Assembly (NCBI GenBank): GCA_964270895.1
Contig: OZ185436.1
Origin: Podarcis filfolensis
Lineage: Eukaryota
Length of the DNA: 64,000 nt
Direction: 5' to 3' (one strand)
Below are positions 21,501 through 32,600 of this stretch, in pieces (the stretch's first letter is position 1; each line of letters begins with the position of its first letter). The notes beneath the pieces were generated by a model. That model did not search any database. It was not told the DNA's origin and saw only the letters and a list, made by a program, of their open reading frames with translations. The position numbers and the translations under genes are program-made.

Positions 21501-23016
21501 CTACTTTCACATACAGCAGCTGTAATTTGAGTGAAAATGTGACTACTCAAACATGCCAATTTACAGTAGTTAGTGGTTTGCTGTGAAAGCACCAATCTCA
21601 TCCATTTTGCCTGCCTTCTCCAGCACACAAGGGAAACAAACTATGATCAGTAAGTCAGGGACAAACTGTGGGTGAAGACAGTGGCTTGTTTGGAGCAAAA
21701 CAAACCACAGCTCCCAGTTCAGACATACCGCTAAGCTAGGGGTTTTGTTTCACATTTAAAGATGACAAAATTATCATATTCACAGTAAATCACCCCTAAT
21801 CTTCAGACCCTGCCCGTCGCACATTCTGCATATGATACCAGACTGTATGCACACCCTGCTGAATCCAACAAAATTAGGAAAGGAACTAAAAGTAAAACTA
21901 CCACCCCATAATGCGGTTTTATACAAATCTATGGTGTGACTGCCTTTGGAATACAGTGTATAGATCTGGTAGGCTCATCTCAAAAAACGATATTGTAGAT
22001 TTGGAAAAGGTTCAGAAAAGGCAACCAAAATGATTAAAGGTATGGAGTGAAAGGTTGCAACATTTGGAACATTTTAGTTTAGGGAAACGATGATTAAGAG
22101 TTGACATGATACAAGCTTATAAAATTACGAATGGCATGGAGAAAGGGGATAGAGAAAAGTTTTTCCTCCCTTTTTCGTAACTCTAGAACTCATGGACATC
22201 CAAGGAAGCTGAATGTTGGAAGATTCAGGACAGACAAAAAGTACTTCTTCACTTAGTTAAAACTATGGAAGGCATTTCCACGGTTAAGAAGAGACGGCTG
22301 CGAACTTGGATGGCTTAAAAGCAACGACGAGATAAGTTCATGGAAGATAAGCCTATTGACAGTGAGTGACTAGCTACAGGCCTTTTAACAGGCGGACGCC
22401 TCTCCTGGCGTCGACTGCATAGCAGGAAAAAGGATTCGCTTGCTACCTACAGGGGTGGCAGAGGCGTTAAAGTCACAGGAGTCCTGCCAGGGACAGGGAA
22501 GATCTTGGCAACTTTTAATGGAGATGTGGAAACGACTTTTCCTCTATATGGACCAAGCGCTAAGCCCAGGAAGCTGCGGGTGTCTGGAGGAGGGGGCAGG
22601 CGGGCTACAAAAGCTAAACCCCCACCCCCGGGGGAGGAGGGGAAGAGGCAGCACCCCACACAGAAGAATGGGGCGCAGGAACCGCGCGCTGGCGCAGAGG
22701 AAAGGGGTCGCCTCGACGCCATTTTGTGTCGTCTTCGGAAAAAGGGCCTAGTCCCGCCTTCCTCGCAGACCGTGGAGATTAGAAAGAGGCGCTCCATTCG
22801 CCAGGCCAATCTCCTAGAGGGGCAGCGCCGATGGCCAATCAACGCCGCCCGTGTCTCGCGGAGGCGGTTGAGAGCCACCAGGCCTAGTCGGTGCGGAAAG
22901 CCACCACGGTGAGGTAAACAGCCCTATCCCGAGCGAAGCCTAACCCGCGTTTGACGGGTTTCCCGGTCCCTTCCCCCGCCCCTGCAGCGCCAGCTCTCAC
23001 CATAGCCCTGATCCAT
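6146..23016 (-). CDS. AKAP8: A-kinase anchor protein 8 (AKAP95), 14 coding exons, 2121 nt, 706 aa
   Basis: Exons join in frame with GT-AG introns: MDQGYG start, [23 protein letters not shown]95-type fingers [23 protein letters not shown] and [24 protein letters not shown]; colinear with recalled human AKAP8. Confidence 0.96.
7790..8900 (+). mobile_element. L2-clade LINE reverse-transcriptase fragment, frameshifted, antisense in AKAP8 intron 13
   Basis: ORF 7806-8429 contains [19 protein letters not shown]; flanking frames give [10 protein letters not shown]-like and QG[14 protein letters not shown] RT motifs. Confidence 0.88.
9345..9680. repeat. Degraded palindromic squamate interspersed repeat (MITE-like)
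   Basis: Recurring ggtttgtt / aaccatg / aatgctaaacc motifs; similar copy near 21560-21770. Confidence 0.45.
9936..10031 (-). CDS. AKAP8: AKAP8 exon 13 ([32 protein letters not shown])
   Basis: ttcctag| ... AAG|gtaagt, 96 nt, phase 0-0. Confidence 0.95.
11993..12123 (-). CDS. AKAP8: AKAP8 exon 12, zinc finger 2
   Basis: tttcag|GA ... AGA|gtaagc, 131 nt; [19 protein letters not shown]. Confidence 0.96.
12500..12630 (+). mobile_element. CR1 3' fragment
   Basis: gtggtggactcaccttcactagagatttttaagcag ... ttgagatttctgca. Confidence 0.6.
12676..12769 (-). CDS. AKAP8: AKAP8 exon 11 ([31 protein letters not shown])
   Basis: ccccag| ... AAG|gtaagt, 94 nt. Confidence 0.95.
13070..13205. mobile_element. 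hAT-family palindromic MITE with 8-bp TSD
   Basis: TIR CAGGCTTCCTCAACCT ... AGGTTGAGGAAGCCTG; ACCTAGTT at 13062-13069 and 13206-13213. Confidence 0.93.
13342..13483 (-). CDS. AKAP8: AKAP8 exon 10, zinc finger 1
   Basis: cctttag|A ... CAG|gtatgc, 142 nt; [13 protein letters not shown]. Confidence 0.96.
14802..14898 (-). CDS. AKAP8: AKAP8 exon 9 ([31 protein letters not shown])
   Basis: cctgtag|CA ... CAG|gtaact, 97 nt. Confidence 0.93.
15690..15788 (+). mobile_element. CR1 3' terminus
   Basis: gattcctgcattgtagggggttggacgagatgacccttggggtcccttccaactcta. Confidence 0.8.
16408..16636. mobile_element. Tigger/pogo-like MITE
   Basis: TA-CAGTGGTACC ... GGTACCACTG-TA, 229 bp, ACTTCCGG at 16566-16573. 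Confidence 0.9.
16744..16780 (-). CDS. AKAP8: AKAP8 exon 8 ([12 protein letters not shown])
   Basis: ttttttaaag| ... AAG|gtaggg, 37 nt, phase 0-1 fits neighbours. Confidence 0.85.
16946..16992 (-). CDS. AKAP8: AKAP8 exon 7 ([15 protein letters not shown])
   Basis: ttgacag|AT ... GGT|gtaagt, 47 nt. Confidence 0.88.
17352..17496 (-). CDS. AKAP8: AKAP8 exon 6 ([10 protein letters not shown]...LRKRKHSQ...YSDN), NLS
   Basis: tttctag| ... ATG|gtaatg, 145 nt. Confidence 0.93.
17921..18434 (-). CDS. AKAP8: AKAP8 exon 5, Tyr/Gly/Arg-rich low-complexity region
   Basis: aatacag|C ... AGA|gtaagt, 514 nt; [22 protein letters not shown]. Confidence 0.96.
18564..18764 (+). mobile_element. tRNA-derived SINE (second family)
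   Basis: Head tagcttagtggtggagtacatgctttgcacgcagaaggttcc; tail gatctgactctgcataaaacagctttatatgttc. Confidence 0.75.
19166..19454 (-). CDS. AKAP8: AKAP8 exon 4 (YEGYDYY...[17 protein letters not shown])
   Basis: ttttccag|GC ... AAG|gtaaat, 289 nt. Confidence 0.95.
20795..20827 (-). CDS. AKAP8: AKAP8 exon 3 ([10 protein letters not shown])
   Basis: tttaaaag|GT ... AAG|gtatgt, 33 nt, phase 1-1. Confidence 0.9.
21387..21425 (-). CDS. AKAP8: AKAP8 exon 2 ([12 protein letters not shown])
   Basis: cttacag|GT ... AAG|gtaagt, 39 nt, phase 1-1. Confidence 0.92.
21905..22375 (+). mobile_element. CR1 LINE 3' fragment in AKAP8 intron 1
   Basis: ttggaaaaggttcagaaaaggcaaccaaaatgatt, gacatgatacaagcttataaaatt, aagctgaatgttggaagattcaggacagacaaaaagtacttcttcac. 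Confidence 0.88.
23001..23016 (-). CDS. AKAP8: AKAP8 exon 1 coding part (MDQGY-G)
   Basis: gaagccATGGATCAGGGCTATG|gtgaga with good Kozak context. Confidence 0.93.
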
Positions 23017-23300
23017 GGCTTCCCTCTCCGTCAACCTGCGATCACGCAGAGTAACCTATACCCTCACTGCGCGAGCGTTGGAGCCCACCGCGGATTGGCT
23101 CCTCTTGCGTACTTCTGAGTTTCTATTGGTTGCGATCTCAAAGTCCTGCCCATTCGTGTTTCCCGTGAGCGGTTCCTACTCCCGCCTCCCCGCGTGAAAT
23201 CCCTTCCCATTGGCCTGGCTTCTTAAAGCGACCGAAATGGCTCGTTTAAGAGAATTTTCCGGTTCCTGCTTAAATTGGTGAGAGGCAAGGGTGGAAGGAA
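23017..23300 (-). promoter_or_regulatory. AKAP8: AKAP8 promoter (CpG island, CCAAT boxes)
   Basis: ATTGG at 23094, 23125, 23209, 23274; GC-box-like cccgcc near 23181; no TATA box seen. Confidence 0.75.
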
Positions 23301-24114
23301 ACAACAGGGTGTATGATGAGCCTATATGAAGTGGCCGCGGGGAAATGATCTCATTTGTTGCGGTGCTGTAACTTCGCTCACACACCAAAAAGAAAGCAGC
23401 TGCCAGAGGGTGTCTAATTTCCCCACCACCCTAGCAGAGACCTGCGCTTTTAAATGCATGTTGCATATGACAAATTATATAGATGCGAGTTACACTCCTG
23501 TCCCTTTCGCGGGCAATGATTTTTTGTTGCAAAATCTCGTTTGGTATCGTGCTTTAAAAATGCTCTCTCTCTAAACTAGGACAATACTCCTAGTTAAAAG
23601 ACTGGTTTGTAATTTAACTCCTACAGCCTTTCGCTGTCGTAGAATTAGGTAGGCACCTGCTGAATTTCTAGATGTTATTTTCCAGATGCGCAGGCATTTT
23701 TCTGTCCTGGCGAAACAGTCTTATGGCACCTTAAATAAGAATTAATGTAATACAGCATAAGCTTCTATAGGTCACCATCCATATGGAAGTATAAATACAT
23801 GTTTTATAGTATTTTAATAATAGTAGATTCTCTATCATTAAGGTGCACTTTTCCCAAAAAGTTTCTGTGGGTAAAGGGCATAACTATTTCAAAGCACTGC
23901 AATGGAAGAGAGCCTCAGATATAATATAATTATTTGGAATTCTATTAATTTCTATTACAGTTCCAGTAGCTCCTGGCCTACCCATTTCTGACAGAATGGG
24001 AAGAGAGGTCTGCATGGAACTTTATTTTTAAAAATAGCTGTACACTGCTGAAGTGTTTTACAAGGGTGCAGAGACCCCCTCTCAACCTTCTTTACTGTTT
24101 TGGGAACAGAGAAA

Positions 24115-24265
24115 GATACGTTATATGTCCTGTCCAGTATCATCTACAGTGACTGCAAATCTTCAGGATTTCAGACAGGAATCTTTCCTCAGTACTACTT
24201 GGAAAGGGCAGGTGTTTATCCTGAGGTCTTCTGCATGCAAAACATGTGCTCTAGCACAGCCATTC
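24115..24265 (-). mobile_element. tRNA-derived SINE (second family), degraded
   Basis: Reverse complement begins gctagagcacatgttttgcatgcagaagacctcagg. Confidence 0.6.
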
Positions 24266-26130
24266 TTTTATTTCCAACAGAGAAACTATCCATTATGCAG
24301 CTGTTACAGGCACAAAGATTGTAAACCTGCTGTTGCTCTATTTCCTAATCTTGAGACACACTCACCAAACAGTACGGGCCTTGACTGCTAAACCTTTCCA
24401 CCACCACTTAATGATGACCTGATGGTGAGCTTGAGCTGGAGTATTTGTGTTATATCCAAGTTCTACACAGAGTAGATCCCCAGTAATTTATGGCCCTTAG
24501 TCTTGCCCATTAATTTCAGTGGGACTGCACAGAGCATCACTAACATGGGATGCAATCCTAACAGTTTAACTCATTTGTGAGGTAACAGCACCAGTACTTA
24601 CAGAATTTGGTACAATGCAAATCTGTGATAGCACAGCATAGCTATAGTGAAAACCAACTGGTTGAAGAAGCACAATTTCCCCAACTATATAGAGAAAAAG
24701 CATCATAGTTTGTGATATCCTTGATAATCATAGTGGTTCAACATTCAATCCTGGGTTTTTCCACCCACAGTCCAGTGTACTTTGTGCAAATCAGTACATT
24801 CATCCTCAGTGATAAGCATAATGAGGGAACAAATGAACAACCATTTATTTGTTATTTGCAACAGCAGAAATAAAGAAGAGATAAGTACATTGTTCAGTTA
24901 TGACGTCCAGTTTGGAGCTCCCCACTTCTCCCTGTAAATCAGGCATGGTGAGCCTTTTTCAGACAGTGGGCCACATTCTAGGAGCAGGTGGGGCCAGAGG
25001 CAAAAGTGACTGAAGCAAGGAACATGACTATCTTAACCTTTGCCCCCATGTTTGTACAATCCATGATGGCTAGGTATGCTCTTTTGTACAAAAAATATTG
25101 TGTGATTTGTTCCCTATGGCAAATAAAATTGATAGAAGCTACACTAGGCAGTAGTGGAGGCTGTATATGGAAGTAGGTTAGACAGCTGTTATGAACCTTG
25201 CTCATCTCCTTTGGAAAAGCAGCTGAATAAATTTAAGTTAAAATGAACGAGGACCTAGAAATTTAGCTGTGAGCATGCACAAGCCAATTGCTCCAAAATG
25301 AACCTGGCACTTCAGACACAAGTTGATCTCTAGACGAGAACTAAATTCTATGAAAAGAAATAGCAAAATCTATGACACAGGGAAACACTACAGGACTTAC
25401 AAAGTAGTTATATATACAGTCGAGTGGATATAGAAATGGAGTCTAGCTTTTCCTGCACTTTACCAAGTACACATTTCAGTGAAAGTAATCACTGCTTTCC
25501 AGATTCAGCAGCAGCTTTACAAAATTCCACACACATGGCAAAGCTGCAATTATAACAAATGCTCTGGCTTTTTTTTTAATCACTGTCGGGCAATCACAAC
25601 TTGATTTAGTTTGGTTTTATATAGACAGAACACTGTAGTTCATGACAAAGGATAACAAATTCTAAAACCGATGTACAAAATTGACATTTAGTACAGCAAC
25701 ACAGTCAATAACATTCAGGCAGGAGGCTACTTTGTACATATTTGAAGAGAAAGAAACAGAGACGTACATATATCATGAACAATACTAAAGAGAAACGGGT
25801 GCCAGGCCCAGACTAAAAGGCTTTTAAGAATTGCATAGATGGGGTAATTTCACCAGGTAGTTTTCCACCTCTGTTGCAGTGGAAGAAGTTATACATGGTG
25901 GAATTTTCCCTGCTGTGAAATTCTTAAATGTTTTCCATGTTTTCTGAGAAGAACCAGGAGTATGGTATAGGTGAAGAAATGGTATTCACCCCCCTAAAGA
26001 GATACAATGTTATGGCATTGTCCTTAATTCACTGTCTAGCTGTGCCTAGAATTTACGGTAAAATCTGATAGTGGAACTAACTTCTGAGTAGATACCAAAG
26101 TTCAATAGGACTTACTTGGACAAGTGTGTA

Positions 26131-26337
26131 CAGTCATACCTAGGGTTACAGACGCTTCAGGTAGCGTTTTTTCGGGTTGTGGACCGCCGAAACCCAGAAG
26201 TACTGGAACGGGTTACTTCCGGGTTTCGGCAATTGCGCATGCGTGCCGAATTGCAACCTGCGCATGTGCAGACGCGCCACTGCGGGTTGCAAAGGTGCAT
26301 CCTGCATGGATCACGTTCGCAACCCAAGCACCCACTG
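26131..26337. mobile_element. Tigger/pogo-like MITE, subfamily B (ETS hairpin plus NRF1-like)
   Basis: TA-CAGTCATACC ... CCCACTG-TA, 207 bp. Confidence 0.88.
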
Positions 26338-27671
26338 TATAGGATTGGAGCTTTAGCTGCCGCCTTACATTTCCAAAAAGGACCAATCTATCCTCCTTTT
26401 CACTAGTAAATAGCAGTAATGGAGTGTGATGGATGAATGAATGAAGTTTAATAAGGGATTCAGATAACCTTTACTAATTTTACAATCTAAGGCTCTTCCT
26501 CAGATCTTCAATCCCAACAAAGCCTCCTCTAGATGAAGCACTTAGCACCAGGATAATTGCTGCCACCACCACTTCCTGTACTACCCTTGTACGATAGCAC
26601 TTGATAGCCCAGCTATCCCCACAGAATCTTAATAACAGTGGAACCTCTAGAGATGCCCCTCAGACTCCAGCTTAACAGGCTTTGAATAAAGTTAATCCAT
26701 AAAAGCCTCCCATTAAGGGTTAAACATGGCAGAGAAGTTTTAGGACCCGGATCCCCTTTTATTCTTGTTTTTACTGATTAACTGCTAAATTTGAGATTTG
26801 CTCTGTTTAACCTTTCTTTCTGTGTCGTTTCACCTAAAGCTGCAACTTGCTTTGCAGGGAGTGGGTGTGTGAATAGACATGCTCAACATCATACCTAATT
26901 TGACCCTAGGCCATCCAGACCTCATGCCTGTCAGTTTTCTCCCGATATGTCCCCACCCCTGCTTTAGAGTTGTGAGACAAACATGGGGACTCCATGCTGA
27001 GCCTGCAACTCTAAACATCTATCCCAAAATAGGTCCCACTGCACTTACAGAGACTTACAGCAGGATTCCACTAAGTTGTTGCATGCACAGATGAGGTCTA
27101 CTGGTTCAACAGGACATTCACCTGCCACATTCCCCGCAAATCTGCTCTGGAAGCTTGGGAGGAACCAAAGCAACAGGTTTAGGGGAGGTGTGTGTAGGGA
27201 AGAGACTTTTTGTGTGAGCAGACCTCGTTCTGTGCATGTATATCCCACTTAGCACTACAGTGAATTCCACCCCTTTCCAAACAAGCAAGTAAGCATGTTT
27301 ATGTGTGGGCTGTTACTGCAATAATGAAGATGGAATGCATACGAGGCTACTGAGGTTTTTAGAAGTATATATAAGCTTTAAAATGAATACCACTCCTTTT
27401 GGGTTTAACCAGCTGATAAAAAGATGGCTACAAAGTAAGTTGGTACCACAGTCTGGCGCAGCCCACCCATGAGGCGGGGTGATGCCGCCACCTTAGGTGG
27501 AAGAAGCCCCTGTGGGTGTGGAAAAGTTGATACCTATTTAGTGCCAGTGGTAAAGGCGGTGGGGTGGCAGGGCAGGACTCCCAGTTTTGCCTCAAGCAGC
27601 AGAACGGGACACGCTGTCCCTAACTACAGTTAACATTTTTGTGCAACTCACACTTTTACTACTAACATGTA

Positions 27672-27900
27672 CAGTCATACCTCATGTTATGGACGCTTCA
27701 GGTTACATGTTTTTGGGTTGCAGACCGCGGGATACCCGGAAGTACCAGAATGGGTTACTTCTGGGTTTTGCCGCTCGCGCATGCGCAGAAGCACCAAATT
27801 GTGCCGGTGCCTGTGCAGATGTGGCGCTTCAGGATGTGAAAGCTGCTGGTTGTGGACGTGCCTCCGTCACGGATTACGTCCGCAACCCGAGGTTCCACTG
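27672..27900. mobile_element. Tigger/pogo-like MITE, subfamily B-related
   Basis: TA-CAGTCATACCTC ... GAGGTTCCACTG-TA, 229 bp. Confidence 0.88.
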
Positions 27901-28391
27901 TACTATTATCATTTAGGCAAATACCTAAAATGGCTTGAAGAAGGCAGCAATGACTACTTAAAGATTAGAATCCTAAAGAAAAACTGTACTCTGAAGCCTC
28001 CTTCAACATTTCTATTTCTGTTGATTAAATGTAATGACTTTTGCAATTTACTCGCAATATTTATTTGTATATAGCTCCAGATGCTAGGTGTTTCAAAGGC
28101 TTAAGGTAGCAGGAGTGGTGTATGGCAGCAAGGCCTGCATCCTGTGGTGCAACAATTACTTCACTCACCCTTTTCCTTTGATGTAGCAGGAAAGCAGAAA
28201 CAAAGGATCATAAAACCTTGTCCAGTCCACTACTTGATTTTCACTGTAGGAAGCACACATGTACTTGAAGAGAAACACACGATAATAAATGAAGGATGAA
28301 CAAGAGCAGTAGTAGTTGTAGCACTATTGCTTCATGGGGCAGAGTGTAACCAAAATAAACCTTGGGTTGTAGTAAAAAAACACACACGTAT

Positions 28392-28392
<1 letters not shown>

Positions 28393-28426
<34 letters not shown>
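28393..28426. repeat. (CA)17 microsatellite
   Basis: Read directly. Confidence 0.97.
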
Positions 28427-28427
<1 letters not shown>

Positions 28428-29331
28428 GCAGTAGTACATTGCTGAGATTGCAGGATGATTTAGAATGAGACAACTGCCAAAGAACTGCATTGAAGGGAAT
28501 ATTTAATGTTTCTGTAACACTCTTCATCTTTCATATGGGCTACCATAGCCTTCATTTACAGAATAGCAATCTAAGGCAAGCAGCATAAATGATGTCCCCT
28601 AAACAACATCAGGACAAAACTCAAAAGGAGCAATGCTGAATTGCCTTTTACGAATGTGCTGGGATGCATTTATCCCTTTTTGAGGCTTCCTGCACATCCT
28701 TCATGTGGCTGCTTCTTCCAAAAACCCACATGTACAGGTAATCCTAATATTATCTCAATCCACTGGAAGAATTCATCCTTAAATAAAAGCACTGGAAAAA
28801 CTATTGTGCTGACCCCCAAGTATTACTTCTGCATATTAAAAGTAAAAAGGTAGAGTAGAAGAATGCTACAGTTGCATGGAAGTTACTCCGATCGTGCAGA
28901 ATTTAAAACCCAGAATTCTGCTATTGACATATCCAGACACGGCTGGCTAGGGAACAAAAACATCTTCAACTATATACAAAGTTAAAGGGGGAGGGGGGAG
29001 AAAATTAGAGGACAATTACCTCCCCCCAAAGTTGGAAGCCAATTAACACAATTTGGTTTTGAGTTATTTACTCAAAAAGGAGGGGGGTATTTTCCTAGTA
29101 TAAAGCCACCTAAAAATTGTACTGCACAAAACCTAGCTAATACAATGAAGATTTGGTTAAAAAAAGCTATTTCCAAAAACACTTTACAGATAAAGGCTTT
29201 CAAGTGCTGTAACTAGGTGAAAATGTAGTCAATGAGAAACAAAGCTGCGTGCCATGTAGTGTCACAAATACAGTTATGGTTTAAAAAGTTTTAATGCAGA
29301 GTCTCAAAACGCTTCAACCTTCTGTGCAAGT

Positions 29332-29685
29332 TCACTCATCAGGTGGTTCCATATCCTCTGAAGGTATGAATCCTTTTCTTTCTTCTTTTTCTTCTTCTTC
29401 ATCATATTCTTGCTCCTGCTCAGCAGCAAATGATTCCTGGGATGTGTTCAAATTCTGCTCTTCCATTTGTCCTGGTGGTGGTTCTTCATCATCATTTCCT
29501 TTGTTTTCTGCAGTACCTTCTTCAACTACGTCTTCCTCAGCCAGATTGTCTCCACCTTTGGTTTCTTCTTCAACCTTGTTTTCTTCACCTTCAGCTGCTC
29601 CCTCCTCCATATTTCCACTTGTTCCTGCCTCACCTTCCTCATGTTCCTCTTTCTCTTCAGGATCATCTGTGAAGGGATTCTCCCC
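29332..29685 (-). CDS. AKAP8L: AKAP8L last exon, acidic tail ([11 protein letters not shown]...MEPPDE*)
   Basis: ttttgcag|GGGGAG, 118 codons including stop. Confidence 0.94.
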   Translation of the reverse strand, partial: GENPFTDDPEEKEEHEEGEAGTSGNMEEGAAEGEENKVEEETKGGDNLAEEDVVEEGTAENKGNDDEEPPPGQMEEQNLNTSQESFAAEQEQEYDEEEEKEERKGFIPSEDMEPPDE

Positions 29686-32600
29686 CTGCAAAACAAATCA
29701 GAACCACCTGACACCCAGCATTAAACATCACACACTTTAAGGAACTGAGCAGTCTACAATATATAGCTGGGTAAGCATGTTTCTGTTGTTGAGTGGGGCC
29801 ATCACATAAAAGTAATTTTAAGGCCTTGACTATCGCACTAATTTATTTATTTTTGGTATGCTTTAAACTACAGAACCTGAAGAAAATAAAATACAATAAC
29901 AAGAAAACAGGACACTTTCATTCCTTTTCTTTCACTAATCAAGTCTCTGATACAAGTGAAAGATCCCTGATCATTTTTGGGAGGACTATGGCATTTCAAC
30001 CAACAAGTGTCTCAATAATCTTTCTGAAAACAAGAATGTGTTCTCCATTATACAGGCAAACTCATTTCTTTTAACCTCCAGAATGTGACAGAAATTTAAA
30101 AAGTCATCCCACTCCATTGGGTGGGTACATATCAATTTATAGAGAGTTAAAAAATACCTTGCAATTTACACAGCAATTACTGTTCATTTTGCAAAAGGTG
30201 TTAAAACTCTCCATAGAGTAAAGTCTAGGTGTGCCCAATGCCCAGTTCACAGACTGATTGTGGTCTCCTCCCTTCTATTTGCAGCTACTTGGGGAAATTC
30301 CACATCCCATCATTTGTGGCCCTTTCCCACATCTTTACAAGAACATATAATGCCTACTGAAACCCTTCCAAATTGGACTGGAAATGAGAGAATGCCTATA
30401 TAACACTTCCTCTTCCTGGATTCAGATATGTCTTTCAAGCCTGCTGCAGCGTACTAAGCATGCTGCATGGTCCACCTGCATCTGTGGACTCTTCACTAGG
30501 GTGGATTTCCTGGGGCTATTGCTGCCACTCTCAATAAAGTATTTTGAGGGGGAACACATTAGGAAAGAAAGCAAAACGAGAGAAAGGTGATTTTTAAAGT
30601 GTATACAGAAACTGGGTGCAAACAGAAAAAAACCACTAAGATGCAGAGAACTGCATACAGTTGTACCTCTTGTTACGTCAGTCTCTGGTTGCATTTTTTC
30701 AGGATACGAACGCGGCAAACCTGGAAGTGTATACTTCCGGGTTTCGCCATGCGCAGAAGCGCTCTGCGCGTCTCGTGCGTGTGCAGAAGTGCTCTATTGC
30801 AGCGCTCTAGTTGCAGACTTTTCAGGGTGTGAACGGCACCCTGGAATGGATCAAGTCCGTAACTAGAGGTACCACTGTAGTAAGAAAACATAGGGAAGTT
30901 AAGAAGTTGGAGGTGCAGACACGTACAGATGGGGAAATGGAAAAAGGAATGGGTTCAGTGGTCTGCAGAGAGAAGACTTAGAAACTGAGAGTGCCCTTAT
31001 AAGTAAGGCACAGAGAAGAGAGGGTGCACTATGAAGCAGAGAGAGAAAATGGAGGTTAGCAGAAAGTACATTAAAACTCAGTTAATATTAGAAAATAAAA
31101 GCTTTTCTATTGTTAACATAGCAATATGGCTCTTTTTAAGTTAGGGGGGAAAAATTGTATCCAACATGTGTGTGAGTGGAACAGACTTCACCTCACACAC
31201 TTCTTCCCTGAAGCCCTCCATGCACCCTCAAAATTTACATTGGAGGGATAGGGTACCCTCTGGAGCAGATTTCAGGAATGCATGGTGGCTGCAGGTAGAA
31301 GGAAATAAGTTATACAGTACAAGCATGAAGTTCGCTCATGCCACTTTGGATTCTGCCCATAACCCCTCTGTGGGCCGTTCTTATGTGTATACGTTTTACC
31401 TTCAGATATCGCTCCAATTTCTTGCTGATAAGTTTATTGTTAAGAATACTTCTTGCAACTACTAATGATGATTTTTTTGACTGTTCCATCATAGCCTAGA
31501 AGACAAAATACATAAATAAATGGTCTGCACAAAATGTATCTACATTTCATTATCTTTTATACCAAGACAGACCTTCCAAAATACAGTAACTTTTCACACA
31601 TTTTCATCAGGAACTATTTAATGTGGGAAGGAGACTCACAAACCTCCTCCTACTTCCCAAGCAAAATTGATTTTGACAGGTCAAATTTGGTGTGCAAGGC
31701 AGATCCTGACAATGATCAGGCCTGTGGAGCCAAAAAGGTTCCCCACTCTAGACTTAGACTGTGGAAGCTGAGAAGGAAAAAAACTGCTTTCCCACCTGTC
31801 AATTCACCGGACCCTATCCACTGTTAATTCTGAACCTTAATATCCAACCAAACATCTAAGGGCAAGTTTATATTGGGCAGTGTAAGTCTGTCTGTGGCAT
31901 GTGCACCACACCTCTCCCAGTAAACACTGAGTAGCACAAAAGAAAGAGACATGTACTGAGCTGCAGCGATCAACTGATTCCACAACCTATGTCCACTGTG
32001 TGAAGCAAGATATACACATCTCTCTTTCATAAGTTAGTGTTTAACAAAACAGATCAAAAAGTCTACATAAAATTTTTATTGGCCAATGCACTTTTAAAGT
32101 TCTTTAGCTTAAGGGTAGTGAATTTGCAACTCAAATTCTTAAAAAAATTAATGAAGCAGGTTTTTGGTGTGTGTGTGTTTTAACAAAACCAAGCAGGAGC
32201 AACATTTGCAGTCAAAGAACTGCTTGGAAATAATGGGATGCCATTAATGGCTATGTTACTGCCAGGAGAGTAGCTATACTATATTGATATATATATTTAA
32301 AATAGATACTATAGTCTCTTAAGCATGCTCTTTAAAGTATTTTTATGTTAAAATAAGCATTAAAGCCCCTAAATTATTCAATTGCTTTAGTCTTCATCTG
32401 CTTTTGCCATTATAAAGTTGAATGGATGTAGTGATTGTTCAAGCTTCTCCAGTGCGTTTTTGTGGTGAACAGCTAATTCAACAAATCCACTTACTCTGCG
32501 GTTGTGGTTATGATCAAGGGATTTCAGATGTTTCTGGATTATTCCATACTGCATCGGAATGAAGAGGTCACAAGCAACACAGTGAGCAGCCTCCACCTTT

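Noticed and set aside
22548-22557. ATGGACCAAG (MDQ) on the + strand resembling the AKAP8 start
   Set aside because: Wrong strand; the true MDQGYG start with a donor is at 23016-23001 on the minus strand.
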